This document shows, piece by piece, positions 17,200 to 25,299 of a DNA stretch of 31,778 nucleotides (within the stretch, counting starts at the first letter, position 1; every line of letters starts with the position of its first letter). The notes below the pieces were generated by a model. It did no database searches. It was not told the DNA's origin and saw only the letters and a list, made by a program, of their open reading frames with translations. The stretch lies in IMG/VR virus record IMGVR_UViG_3300049437_000130, positions 1 through 31,778 of that record; one strand, written 5' to 3'. The stretch is from a virus. Taxonomy: Duplodnaviria; Caudoviricetes. Position numbers and translations under genes: made by a program.

Positions 17200-18654
17200 T
17201 CAGACTTCGAACGGCGACCACGTCGAGCGGTGCACGACTGGCCTCGAAGCGGCGAGCGGGGCGCCAACAACGTTGACGGTCGCCTTTTCGCCGGCATCGA
17301 TGAGCCCATACTCAAGCGCTTCGACGATGTCGCTGTACGGGTGAACCTTGTCGGGCTCATCGCGGTAGCGTTCCTCACCTGCGATCTGCACGCGGCGGTA
17401 TCGAAACGCACCTGCGAGCGCCTTGCGCAACACGGTGCAGTTCGGCGAGATCAAGATGCCGGGCTTGCCGCCCACCATGCGCGTCAGCGGCCGCTCCAAC
17501 GCCGCGCGTCGCAGCGACACATCGTTCGTCGAGGCGGGCAGCACGTTGACGCCGCCGGCGCGCACGACCTGGAACACTGTCTTCTCATCCGTCGCGGCAC
17601 GCTGGTCGCCGCTCGGGTCGCCGCGACCGGGCAGAATTTCGAAGCCCTGATAACGCGAGAACTTCGCCTTCAGCTCCAGCGCGAACCGCTCGGCGCCCAT
17701 GCCGTCCGTCACGATCTCATCGAGCACCCACCACTGGCCGGTCGCCTGGCGCTGGATAATCGCCGAGCACGGCGTCAGGCCCCAGTCACAACCGAACTGA
17801 AGGGGGATACCCTTCGTCGGCTTGAGCGCTGTCGGCGCGACATGCACCGACTCGCTGTAATCGGCGTGTACCGGCTTGCCGTCGAGCGCCAGGCCGACCT
17901 CGTTGCCGAGATAGACCTTGATCCAGTCTTCCTTTTTGCCCTGTACGACCCGCTCGTAGTACGCAGGCGTGATGATCTTCAGGTTCTCGGCTTGCGGATT
18001 GACGCCCCAGCGCCCCTCGCGCTTGAGCATCGCGGGCGGCTGAGTGAAGAAGTCGTAGCCGGTGACTTCACCGAGCTGCACCTTGATCGCCAGATCCTGC
18101 AACCAGTGGTCAGCGTCCCATGCGTTCGTGTCGGCGAGAAGCCCGGCCCAGTTCGAGGCACCCGGCTTCGGGAAGCGATCCATGCGCGCCGTCAGCGCAT
18201 CGACGACGGACTTCGGGAATTCCTTCGCTTCGTTGAGCCAGCCCGCGGTCGCATTAATTCCCAACGCTTTCTTGACATCGTCCGGTCGATCGAGCGCGAG
18301 GAAGATTACTTCGGCCTGCGCGCGCGTGCCGTCGGGCAGATCCCACTCCCCGGACCATGTCGGGGGGCTGGACATCTTCAGCGAGCCGATGCTCGTCGGC
18401 GTGCAGCGCTGCCAGTCACGAATTGTCGTGTTGCACAGCTCGGGATACGTCGCGCGCGTGATGATCCACAGCGATTGACGCAAGCCGTTCGCGTCCGGCT
18501 TCTGTTCGGACATCAAGCGCAAAATCTTGAAGCAGATCGTCGTCGTCTTCGCCGAGCCCACCGGGCCGCGAATGACCTGGACGAATGCGCTCGACTGCAG
18601 GAACGCCGCCGCCACCGGGCCGGGAGCCCGGAACCTGACTTCAGCCTTGCTCAC
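17200..18654 (-). CDS. terL: Terminase large subunit (484 aa)
   Basis: Walker A-like GPVGSAKTT, Walker B WLNE, coupling motif DTN, and nuclease motifs GCDWGLTP, VLDE, GDPSG and YSDIVEALEY. Confidence 0.92.
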   Translation of the reverse strand: MSKAEVRFRAPGPVAAAFLQSSAFVQVIRGPVGSAKTTTICFKILRLMSEQKPDANGLRQSLWIITRATYPELCNTTIRDWQRCTPTSIGSLKMSSPPTWSGEWDLPDGTRAQAEVIFLALDRPDDVKKALGINATAGWLNEAKEFPKSVVDALTARMDRFPKPGASNWAGLLADTNAWDADHWLQDLAIKVQLGEVTGYDFFTQPPAMLKREGRWGVNPQAENLKIITPAYYERVVQGKKEDWIKVYLGNEVGLALDGKPVHADYSESVHVAPTALKPTKGIPLQFGCDWGLTPCSAIIQRQATGQWWVLDEIVTDGMGAERFALELKAKFSRYQGFEILPGRGDPSGDQRAATDEKTVFQVVRAGGVNVLPASTNDVSLRRAALERPLTRMVGGKPGILISPNCTVLRKALAGAFRYRRVQIAGEERYRDEPDKVHPYSDIVEALEYGLIDAGEKATVNVVGAPLAASRPVVHRSTWSPFEV

Positions 18655-19235
18655 AGCAGGTCCGCGTAGTTGGGTTCAAGCGCCGCATCGAGCACGGCGC
18701 GTGCCGGCGTTACGTCGATCGCTTCGGGTTGGCCGCTGAGATCGACAAGGTTGAGCGTGACGCGCACGCTCGGCGCTTCCGTAGTCACGAGGCGGGTCGC
18801 CTTCGCCAAAGTTTCGAGGCCGCGCAGCGCGTCGCCGCGGGCGGGCTTGCTGCCGACGCGGGCGCCGTCGTGGTAGACCGGGTCGCCGTTCGCGATCGCG
18901 TCCTCGACCAGCGAGTTGATGCGAGCGAGCGTCGAGGCCTGGCTGACCCCGACAACCTCGGCGGCGAGCTGTTCGAGCAGGGCCCGGGCCTTCGAGAATG
19001 CTTCGTCCCGCATCCAGCCGTAGACCGACTGCGATGAGAAGCTACGGCCGTCGGCCTGCTCGATCGCCCGCGTCGTGCGCGCCACGATGTAGTCGTGCTT
19101 CGGAAACTCGGTCAGGAACCGGCGCTGGCGCTCCGTGCAGCCCGTCAGCGCTTCGATCAGTTCGGCGTAGAGCGGATGGCTGCGGACGGCGAGCGCGGTG
19201 CTGGAAGGGTCAGACGAGGCCGCAGGCATGGGCAA
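18651..19235 (-). CDS. Probable terminase small subunit (194 aa)
   Basis: Immediately upstream of and coupled to terL. N-terminal TERQRRFL HTH-like segment and A.RGLE.LAK motif. Confidence 0.65.
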   Translation of the reverse strand: MPMPAASSDPSSTALAVRSHPLYAELIEALTGCTERQRRFLTEFPKHDYIVARTTRAIEQADGRSFSSQSVYGWMRDEAFSKARALLEQLAAEVVGVSQASTLARINSLVEDAIANGDPVYHDGARVGSKPARGDALRGLETLAKATRLVTTEAPSVRVTLNLVDLSGQPEAIDVTPARAVLDAALEPNYADLL

Positions 19236-19419
19236 TGTTTACGAGACCGAGCGCCACACAAGTCCAGAACAGCAGAGTCAAAGGGGTTGAGCTGTAGGGC
19301 TGCATGGCGCGATCTCCACGTGGAAGTTTCAGGGCTCTCTCACCTACATAGCTTCACCAAAAATGGCTTTTTGCATCAGGCGCTGAAAATAGTTTGCGGA
19401 TATGTCAAACGCAGCTTGG

Positions 19420-19447
19420 TTGACGCCCCAAGCCAAGGGTGTATGAT
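19420..19447 (+). promoter_or_regulatory. Sigma70-like promoter of the resolvase gene, with an overlapping inverted repeat
   Basis: TTGACG (19420-25), 16-nt spacer, TATGAT (19442-47). GCTTGG-N8-CCAAGC (19414-19433) brackets the -35. AAGGAG RBS at 19467-72. Confidence 0.6.
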
Positions 19448-19478
19448 TCCCTCTAATGGACATATGAAGGAGATCAAG

Positions 19479-20156
19479 ATGATGCCCCGAGGACGAAACT
19501 ACGTGACGTACTACCGCGTGAGCACCGCGCAGCAGGGCCGGAGCGGCCTTGGCCTGGACGCGCAGCGCGCAGCAGTGCAGGCCCACCTTGAAGCGCGAGG
19601 CGGCACCGAACTCGCAACATTCACCGAGATCGAGTCGGGCAAGCGAAATGATCGGCCGCAACTTGAGGCTGCGCTGCGTCGGTGCCGGCAAACGCGCGCA
19701 ACGTTGCTTGTCGCAAAGCTCGATCGATTGGGGCGCAATGCCGCCTTTCTGCTCGCGCTCCAAGAGTCGCGCGTCCGCTTCATTGCTGCGGACATGCCCG
19801 ATGCAAATGAGGCGATGGTCGGCTTCATGGCTGTAATGGCGCAGTACGAGCGCCAAGCCATCTCCGACCGAACCAGAGCGGCGCTAGCAGCCGCGAAGGC
19901 GCGGGGCACCCGACTAGGCAACCCCCGTCTAAAACCGGGCACGGCGACCTCTGCAGCAACGGCAACCGCGGCGAATGCGGCGGCAGCGGGGGCGCGAGCG
20001 CGGGATCTGGCCGATGTGGTCGCCGATGCGCGCGCAGCTGGAAAGCGATCTCTACGCGAAATCGCGGCGCACTTTAACGCGTTGAGCATCCCAACCCCGC
20101 GCGGCAAGCAATGGACGGCGGACGGCATCCGGCGCCTGCTCCGCGCGCTGAGCTGA
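19479..20156 (+). CDS. Small serine recombinase (resolvase/invertase family) with a C-terminal recombinase DNA-binding segment
   Basis: YYRVSTAQQ..SGLGLDAQ, ESG....RPQL, LLVAKLDRLGR, ER..IS.RT..AL and SLREIA..FN...IPTPRGKQW motifs. Confidence 0.92.
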   Translation: MMPRGRNYVTYYRVSTAQQGRSGLGLDAQRAAVQAHLEARGGTELATFTEIESGKRNDRPQLEAALRRCRQTRATLLVAKLDRLGRNAAFLLALQESRVRFIAADMPDANEAMVGFMAVMAQYERQAISDRTRAALAAAKARGTRLGNPRLKPGTATSAATATAANAAAAGARARDLADVVADARAAGKRSLREIAAHFNALSIPTPRGKQWTADGIRRLLRALS

Positions 20157-20560
20157 ATGCTATACGCGGGATGCTGGAAGCTGCGTTTTCGAGGGTGTGC
20201 AGCCTGTGCAACATCCGTGCAATCTAGGCCCAAAAGTCCTATACGCGTCCTACGCGCGTATAGCATCTATCAGTAATATTTTATAGAACTCTATAAGTAT
20301 AGGTTGAACAGGTTGAACAGGATGAACGCGCCCCGTCGAAACAAACGCTTACAGCGATCAAGCTTTCGCACCCGTTCAACTTCCCAGGTTAGACAGATGC
20401 TATACGAATGCTATACGCGTCCTGCCAAGGGCTGAATAAGGCTCGGCGTCACGGGTTGCACATCTGAAACGTTTGGCGTTGCACGGCCCGGTTGCACGGT
20501 TGGTTGAACGGCTGGTTGAACGGTTGGTTGAGCGCTGCGGCTCGCTGAATGCTATACGCT
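20155..20560. repeat. Iteron-rich putative replication origin
   Basis: ATGCTATACG at 20157, 20397, 20408 and 20549, with an inverted copy at 20257-20266 and a partial copy at 20239. Three AGG(T/A)TGAAC copies at 20301-20327. Five GGTTG(C/A)ACGG-like units with 12-nt period at ~20477-20534. AT-rich core at 20267-20300. Confidence 0.7.
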
Positions 20561-20947
20561 GAGCGTGTTACGCCCCTAAGGATGCACTCGTGGCCGGCGG
20601 CCACCTTCATAGCTACCCACCATTCGAGGAAGCGCTCGCCGTCTGGCAGGGCGTCGCCCTGCCCAGGTCCCGCGCAACCCGCATCGCGGTCAATGAGGCC
20701 GAGCAAGCCCACTTCAACAAACGGCAGCGTGGGGGTTCAGCTGACTGGTACCCGCCGGTGTTCGCTTCGTGTGGCCAGAGTGATGGCTCGCATTTGCAAA
20801 CAGAAATTTTTTGTGTTCCCATATTGTCCGCTCCCAACTGAAAGCGTTGGTGAGACCTGAAAGGGTGAAAGGATCCGCGACGTGCGAAGAGGGGCACAGA
20901 CCCCGCTCAAGTAGAAGCGTCGCCAAAGGCTCAAAGGCCCCTTGATG

Positions 20948-20995
20948 GCCCTCGTACCCCCGAAACGCGCATCGGGATCGGTCGAGGGCTTTTTC
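20948..20995 (+). terminator. Long hairpin with U-tract upstream of the replication operon
   Basis: GCCCTCG (20948-54) pairs with CGAGGGC (20983-89), followed by TTTTTCGCTTTTT. Confidence 0.5.
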
Positions 20996-21052
20996 GCTTT
21001 TTCGGACTCTGCAACCCTCGCGCCGCGTACTAAAGAGTCCGAGGAGTGAGTC

Positions 21053-21616
21053 GTGACCCGCATCGATCCCCACCGCTGGCACCACCGCCTTTCGCAGTGG
21101 CTGCCCATCTCCCCCGGCCGAGCTCTCGATCTTTGGCACGCCGGGATTCTTCCTCCGTCAGGGACGCCTCGCGCTCTCGTTGAAGATGCGTTCGCCGCCT
21201 GGTGCCGCGCGAAGCCGCGGCGCGATCTAGTCGACGCACTGAAAGCGGTTCTCGCCGCGCGCGACGCCGGACTTCCTGATCCGGATACGACCGCTCGATG
21301 CCGGGAGTTCGCTGACGTGCGGGCTATTGGCGATCTCACCGAGGCCCCCACTCAACCGCATCTGCGGGTTTACGGCTTCGCCATCGATCGGAAGGGGCAA
21401 TTGTGGCGTGGGTTCGCGCGAGTCATAGAGGCTTCCGAGCTGCACGCGATCGGACGTCTGTATTCGCGCAACCTCGTGCAAACCGGCAACACCGAAGCCG
21501 GCTTTGGATCTCCTGAACGGAAACGCTGTTGGCTGGCAGCGTTGATTGAAGTTCTCGACGAGGCCGAGCGCGTTCGCGAGCTGATCGGCGACGCGCCGAC
21601 CGCGGTGCAGCCATGA
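21053..21616 (+). CDS. Hypothetical protein (187 aa) coupled to the primase
   Basis: GAGGAG RBS, GTG start, and ATGA overlap with the primase gene. Confidence 0.65.
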   Translation: MTRIDPHRWHHRLSQWLPISPGRALDLWHAGILPPSGTPRALVEDAFAAWCRAKPRRDLVDALKAVLAARDAGLPDPDTTARCREFADVRAIGDLTEAPTQPHLRVYGFAIDRKGQLWRGFARVIEASELHAIGRLYSRNLVQTGNTEAGFGSPERKRCWLAALIEVLDEAERVRELIGDAPTAVQP

Positions 21617-23940
21617 GCGCCGCACTAAACATGCTTGATGCTGCTCTGCGCCTCGCGCGCAGCGGGTTCCGTGTGTTCCCGCTCCCGGTCGGCCAGAAGG
21701 CTGCCAAGCTCGCGGGCTGGCAGAAGAAAGCCACAACGGACGCGGCGCAGGTCGGCCACTGGTGGGGCGCGGCGCCTCAAGCCAATATCGCCATCGTCAC
21801 CGGCGGCGATCTGTTCGTGCTCGACGAGGATCCTCGGCACGGATCGGCCGAGAGCATGGCGGCCCTTGAACTTGCCTACGGGGAGCTGCCCGAGACATTG
21901 ACCGCCTGCACGCCGAGCGGCGGGCGGCACCGCTTTTTCCGCGCGCCGCGCGAAGTGCCGAACTCGGTCGCCAAAGTCGGCCCCGGCCTCGACATCCGCG
22001 GCCGCGCGGGGTATGTCGTCGCATCGCCGAGCACCCTCGTCGCAGGGGAGAAACAAAGCGCGGGCTCTTACGGCTGGGAAAACCGCGCCAGCATTGCAAA
22101 CGCGCCGGAGTGGCTGATCGAACTCGCCTGCGGCGACCGCTCTGCGCGGACCGCGGCGCCAAGCGAACCGGCCGGCCCCGTAGCGCCGGCCCCGAGCGCG
22201 TTCCCACCACTCACCGCGGCCGACGTGCGCTCGGCGCTGGCCGCACTCCCGCCCCCGGAGGCAGGCGAGCGCGACCGCTGGCGCGACATCGGATTCGCGG
22301 TGAAGGACTGGGAGCGCACTACCGGCGCCAATCCCGGCACCGGATTCGAGCTGTGGGACGAGTGGTGTGCCCGCGCAAGCTCCGGCTACGATGCCGCGAG
22401 CCAGGCGGCGCAGTGGGATTCCTTCGACAGCACGGCGCAGGACAAGCGCGTCACTGCGGCGTCACTTGTGCATCTGGCCGCAACGTGCGGCTGGGTTCCG
22501 CCTTGGCAGCGGCCCGCAGAGCCGGAAGACTTCCCTATCGACGCGGTGAGTCAGGCCGCTGCAGAGGCGGACGCCGAAGCTGCTGCGCAGCCGGCGGAGC
22601 GCAGCGCCCGCCTGCAGAGTCGCGCGGTCAAAATGTTCCACCTGATGACGAACGAGAAAGGGAAGCCCCTCTCGAACACTCTGAACGCCGAGCGCTGCGT
22701 CAAAGGCCTGCTGCACGGGGCGCTGACCTACGACGAATTCCTCGATCGTATGATGATTCACTGGCCCGGCGACGCGGCCGCGCGCGAGTGGCGCGACGAC
22801 GATACGACGCGGCTACAGGTCTGGCTACAGGGGTTGGGGCTCAGCACGCTAGGCCCACAGCACGTCTACGACGCGGCCCAGATGTACGCACGCGCGCATA
22901 GCTCAAACGTTCTTGTTGATTGGCTGCTCGGCCTGAAATGGGATGGCACGCGCCGCTTGTCGACGTGGCTCCAGCGCGCCTTCGGCGTCCCGCCGTCACG
23001 CTATCACGTGCGCACCGGCCGCAACTGGCTCATCGCGATGGTCGCGCGGGCCATGAAACCGGGGTGCATGGTGAAGCTGGTCCCGGTTCTCGAAGGCCCG
23101 CAGGATACGCTGAAGTCGTCCGCATTCCGTGCGCTCGCAGGGGATCGTTTCAGGGAACTGATCGAGCGCTCAAACTCGAAGGATTTCGAGCAGCAATTGA
23201 ACGGCGTCTGGCTTGGGGAGTTCTGCGAACTAGCCACGATCAAGCGAGAAGACGATATCGAGCGCGTCAAGCAGTTCATTTCCAACGACATCGATCACTA
23301 TCGCCCCTCTTACGGCCGCGCAGTAGTTGACCGACCGCGGCGCATCGTGTTCGTCGGGACGACGAATTCCAGCAACTACCTACGCGACAACACTGGCAAC
23401 GTGCGTTTCTTCCCGATCAAAGTTGGCCAAGTCGATCTGCAGTGGATTCGGGACAACCGCGAACAAATGTTCGCGGAAGCCGTGATGCTCTATCAGGCGC
23501 GCCGCAAGTGGTGGATATGGCCGAAGGCCGAGGCCGCGGCGGAACAAGAGGCGCGGCAAGAGCGCGACCCGTGGGAGGCCCGCACCGAGGCATATCTGCG
23601 TGGGCGTAGCGAGATCGAGCCAGCGGACTTACTCGACTTCGCGGTCGGCGTCCCTGTGCATCAACAAACACGATCCCACCTGACCCGCGCCGGCATAATC
23701 TGTCGCAAGCTCGGTTGCACTCAGCGCGGGCGCCACCGCGCAGACGGCGGCCGATTTGTTAACCCTTGGGTTGTTCCCGATTGGCTGTCGGGGCAAGAGC
23801 GAACGCGCCCGGGTCCGATCAGTGAGTCGCCTCCCGACGAGGCCGAACTGGAACCTATAGAGAAACAAACCGCCCCACCCCCCACGGCAGTTCGCGCCGC
23901 GCTGCTCGCGACGCATCCAGCTCTGGAGGGCTTACTGTGA
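21613..23940 (+). CDS. Bifunctional primase-polymerase (Prim-Pol) + PriCT-2 + VirE/VapE-family helicase
   Basis: GFRVFPL, NIAIVTG, LFVLDED, TPSGGRH, LDIRG..GYVV (Prim-Pol). W..IGFA.K...W..W...S.GY.......W.SF (PriCT-2). VLEGPQ...KSS, EF.EL, RRIVFVGTTN...YL.D.TGN.RF (VirE). Confidence 0.92.
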   Translation: MSAALNMLDAALRLARSGFRVFPLPVGQKAAKLAGWQKKATTDAAQVGHWWGAAPQANIAIVTGGDLFVLDEDPRHGSAESMAALELAYGELPETLTACTPSGGRHRFFRAPREVPNSVAKVGPGLDIRGRAGYVVASPSTLVAGEKQSAGSYGWENRASIANAPEWLIELACGDRSARTAAPSEPAGPVAPAPSAFPPLTAADVRSALAALPPPEAGERDRWRDIGFAVKDWERTTGANPGTGFELWDEWCARASSGYDAASQAAQWDSFDSTAQDKRVTAASLVHLAATCGWVPPWQRPAEPEDFPIDAVSQAAAEADAEAAAQPAERSARLQSRAVKMFHLMTNEKGKPLSNTLNAERCVKGLLHGALTYDEFLDRMMIHWPGDAAAREWRDDDTTRLQVWLQGLGLSTLGPQHVYDAAQMYARAHSSNVLVDWLLGLKWDGTRRLSTWLQRAFGVPPSRYHVRTGRNWLIAMVARAMKPGCMVKLVPVLEGPQDTLKSSAFRALAGDRFRELIERSNSKDFEQQLNGVWLGEFCELATIKREDDIERVKQFISNDIDHYRPSYGRAVVDRPRRIVFVGTTNSSNYLRDNTGNVRFFPIKVGQVDLQWIRDNREQMFAEAVMLYQARRKWWIWPKAEAAAEQEARQERDPWEARTEAYLRGRSEIEPADLLDFAVGVPVHQQTRSHLTRAGIICRKLGCTQRGRHRADGGRFVNPWVVPDWLSGQERTRPGPISESPPDEAELEPIEKQTAPPPTAVRAALLATHPALEGLL

Positions 23941-24107
23941 ACGCAAAAACACTGGGCGAAGCACTCGCCCCACCCGGCCCGCCGCCTGGCGGTTATCTGA
24001 CCGAGGAGCAAGCGCGACTCATCCTCACGAAGATGCTGCGCGCGATCGAAGCGCAGATCGTTGCAGCTCAGCACCTCGCGGCGATGGCCACGGGGAGGCT
24101 GCAATGA
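23937..24107 (+). CDS. 56-aa hypothetical protein MNAKTLGEALAPPGPPPGGYLTEEQARLIL...
   Basis: GTGA and ATGA overlaps with both neighbours and GGAGG upstream. Absent from the ORF track. Confidence 0.6.
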   Translation: MNAKTLGEALAPPGPPPGGYLTEEQARLILTKMLRAIEAQIVAAQHLAAMATGRLQ

Positions 24108-24898
24108 ACATCATAGCCTTGAAGGACTTTTTCGGGCCGCACCTGTCCCGGTGCGCGGCGGCCGCCGGCCGCTACCTTCGCAACCTGCCCCCAGCGGATC
24201 GTGATGATGTGCTCGCCGACGCGCTGCTTTCGTCCTGGGAAGACCGCGCGGAATTCGACCCAACGAAGGAAGCGCTAGAAGTCTGGTTCGAGCACAAGGC
24301 GAAGGTCGCGCGGCAACGGCTCGGCCGCCAGACGCGCAGGCACGTCGCCGAGCAGCTAAATGAGCTGCTCTCGGCACCGGACGATCCCGCATTCGCCGCC
24401 GAGGCCGCGCAGACGGTTGAGAGCCTGGCCGACGGGCTACCGGAGAGTCAACGCGAGGCGTTGAGCCGGTTGGCCGCGGGGCATTCGGTCCGCGCCGTCT
24501 CGATCGGCCTTCACCTGAACCGCGGTGCGGTGCGAACGTTGAAGAAGCGCCTGCGCCGCCTGCAAGACATCAGCCCCCGGCGCTCGTTTGCCCAGCCGAC
24601 GGCCAGGCGCACCGACAGCGACAATGACTTGCGCGGCCTGGCGCCCATCGATCACGAAATTGAGAAGTTACTGCACCGTCCGACGACCGAGCGCGCGGAC
24701 TGCCCGGTGTGCTTTCGGTGCTCGTGGTTCGACGGCGTGTTGCCGGTGAAGTACGGCGAACCTCGTCATGCCGATGCCGAGATCCGGGCAGCCGTGCGCG
24801 CGATCGAGGAGCGCAAGATCGAGATCGCCAACGCGCAGCGCGTGGAGCCGCAGCTGGTGTGGTGTTTTTTTCCGATCGAAGAGGCGGAGGCGGCGTGA
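24104..24898 (+). CDS. ECF-like sigma-70 family factor with a Cys-containing C-terminal extension (264 aa)
   Basis: Region-2-like DRDDVLADALLSSWE....FDP.K.....WF and region-4-like LPESQREAL......S...V...L....GAV. GGGAGG RBS. Confidence 0.65.
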   Translation: MNIIALKDFFGPHLSRCAAAAGRYLRNLPPADRDDVLADALLSSWEDRAEFDPTKEALEVWFEHKAKVARQRLGRQTRRHVAEQLNELLSAPDDPAFAAEAAQTVESLADGLPESQREALSRLAAGHSVRAVSIGLHLNRGAVRTLKKRLRRLQDISPRRSFAQPTARRTDSDNDLRGLAPIDHEIEKLLHRPTTERADCPVCFRCSWFDGVLPVKYGEPRHADAEIRAAVRAIEERKIEIANAQRVEPQLVWCFFPIEEAEAA

Positions 24899-24913
24899 GA
24901 CATAACCCGGAAA

Positions 24914-24943
24914 TGGACATGCGCAAGCGGCTTGCGATACAGT
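24914..24943 (+). promoter_or_regulatory. Promoter with a palindromic operator in its spacer
   Basis: TGGACA (24914-19), 18-nt spacer, TACAGT (24938-43). The spacer contains CGCAAGC-G-GCTTGCG (24922-36). The ATG lies 7 nt after the -10. Confidence 0.55.
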
Positions 24944-24950
24944 GCGGGGT

Positions 24951-25103
24951 ATGAGCAAGGATGAAATCAAGAAGTACCTGGCCGAGCTTGGCCGCAAAGG
25001 GGGTAAGGCAGGCAAGGGAAAATCGAAGGTGCGCGGCGGTTCGGACTACTACCGGAAGCTGCGAATGAAAGGGTTGCAGAAGACGAAGCGGAGTGACAAA
25101 TGA
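24951..25103 (+). CDS. 50-aa basic protein with a KGG-like motif (MSKDEIKKYLAELGRKGGKAGKGKSKVRGGSDYYRKLRMKGLQKTKRSDK)
   Basis: Read directly from the sequence; its stop overlaps the next ATG (ATGA). Absent from the ORF track. Confidence 0.65.
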   Translation: MSKDEIKKYLAELGRKGGKAGKGKSKVRGGSDYYRKLRMKGLQKTKRSDK

Positions 25104-25294
25104 ATAATGCAGGATGGCTAGTCGCGTTTTGGCTTGGCGGATCAGCTTTCTTTACGGTGCTCGCTGGGGTGCCGATGTTCATAGATGATCGGCGCCTCAT
25201 CGGCACAACCCGAGCAGCGCGCGATCTGGCGAAGGTCTTTGGCGGCATCTGCGTCGCTTGGGGCGCGATAACTCTGCTGGGTTGTATCGTTTAG
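25100..25294 (+). CDS. Small two-TM membrane protein (64 aa)
   Basis: Two hydrophobic segments, GGAG RBS, coupled to the upstream gene and ending 5 nt before the integrase ATG. Confidence 0.6.
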   Translation: MNNAGWLVAFWLGGSAFFTVLAGVPMFIDDRRLIGTTRAARDLAKVFGGICVAWGAITLLGCIV

Positions 25295-25299
25295 CGCGC

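Noticed and set aside
1-19235. Diversity-generating retroelement as in BPP-1
   Set aside because: No reverse transcriptase motif or TR/VR pair was seen in this window, and the tail fibre region lies outside it.
20155-20560. CRISPR array or coding repeat (NQPF repeats in ORF 20449..20712)
   Set aside because: The repeats are 8-12 nt, irregularly spaced and in both orientations with no unique spacers and no cas genes. The peptide repeat is a by-product of the 12-nt period.
20590-20841. 83-aa plus-strand ORF between the origin and the structured leader
   Set aside because: No recognisable motif or coupling, and its 3' end runs through an AT-rich promoter-like patch. It cannot be supported, though it is not excluded.
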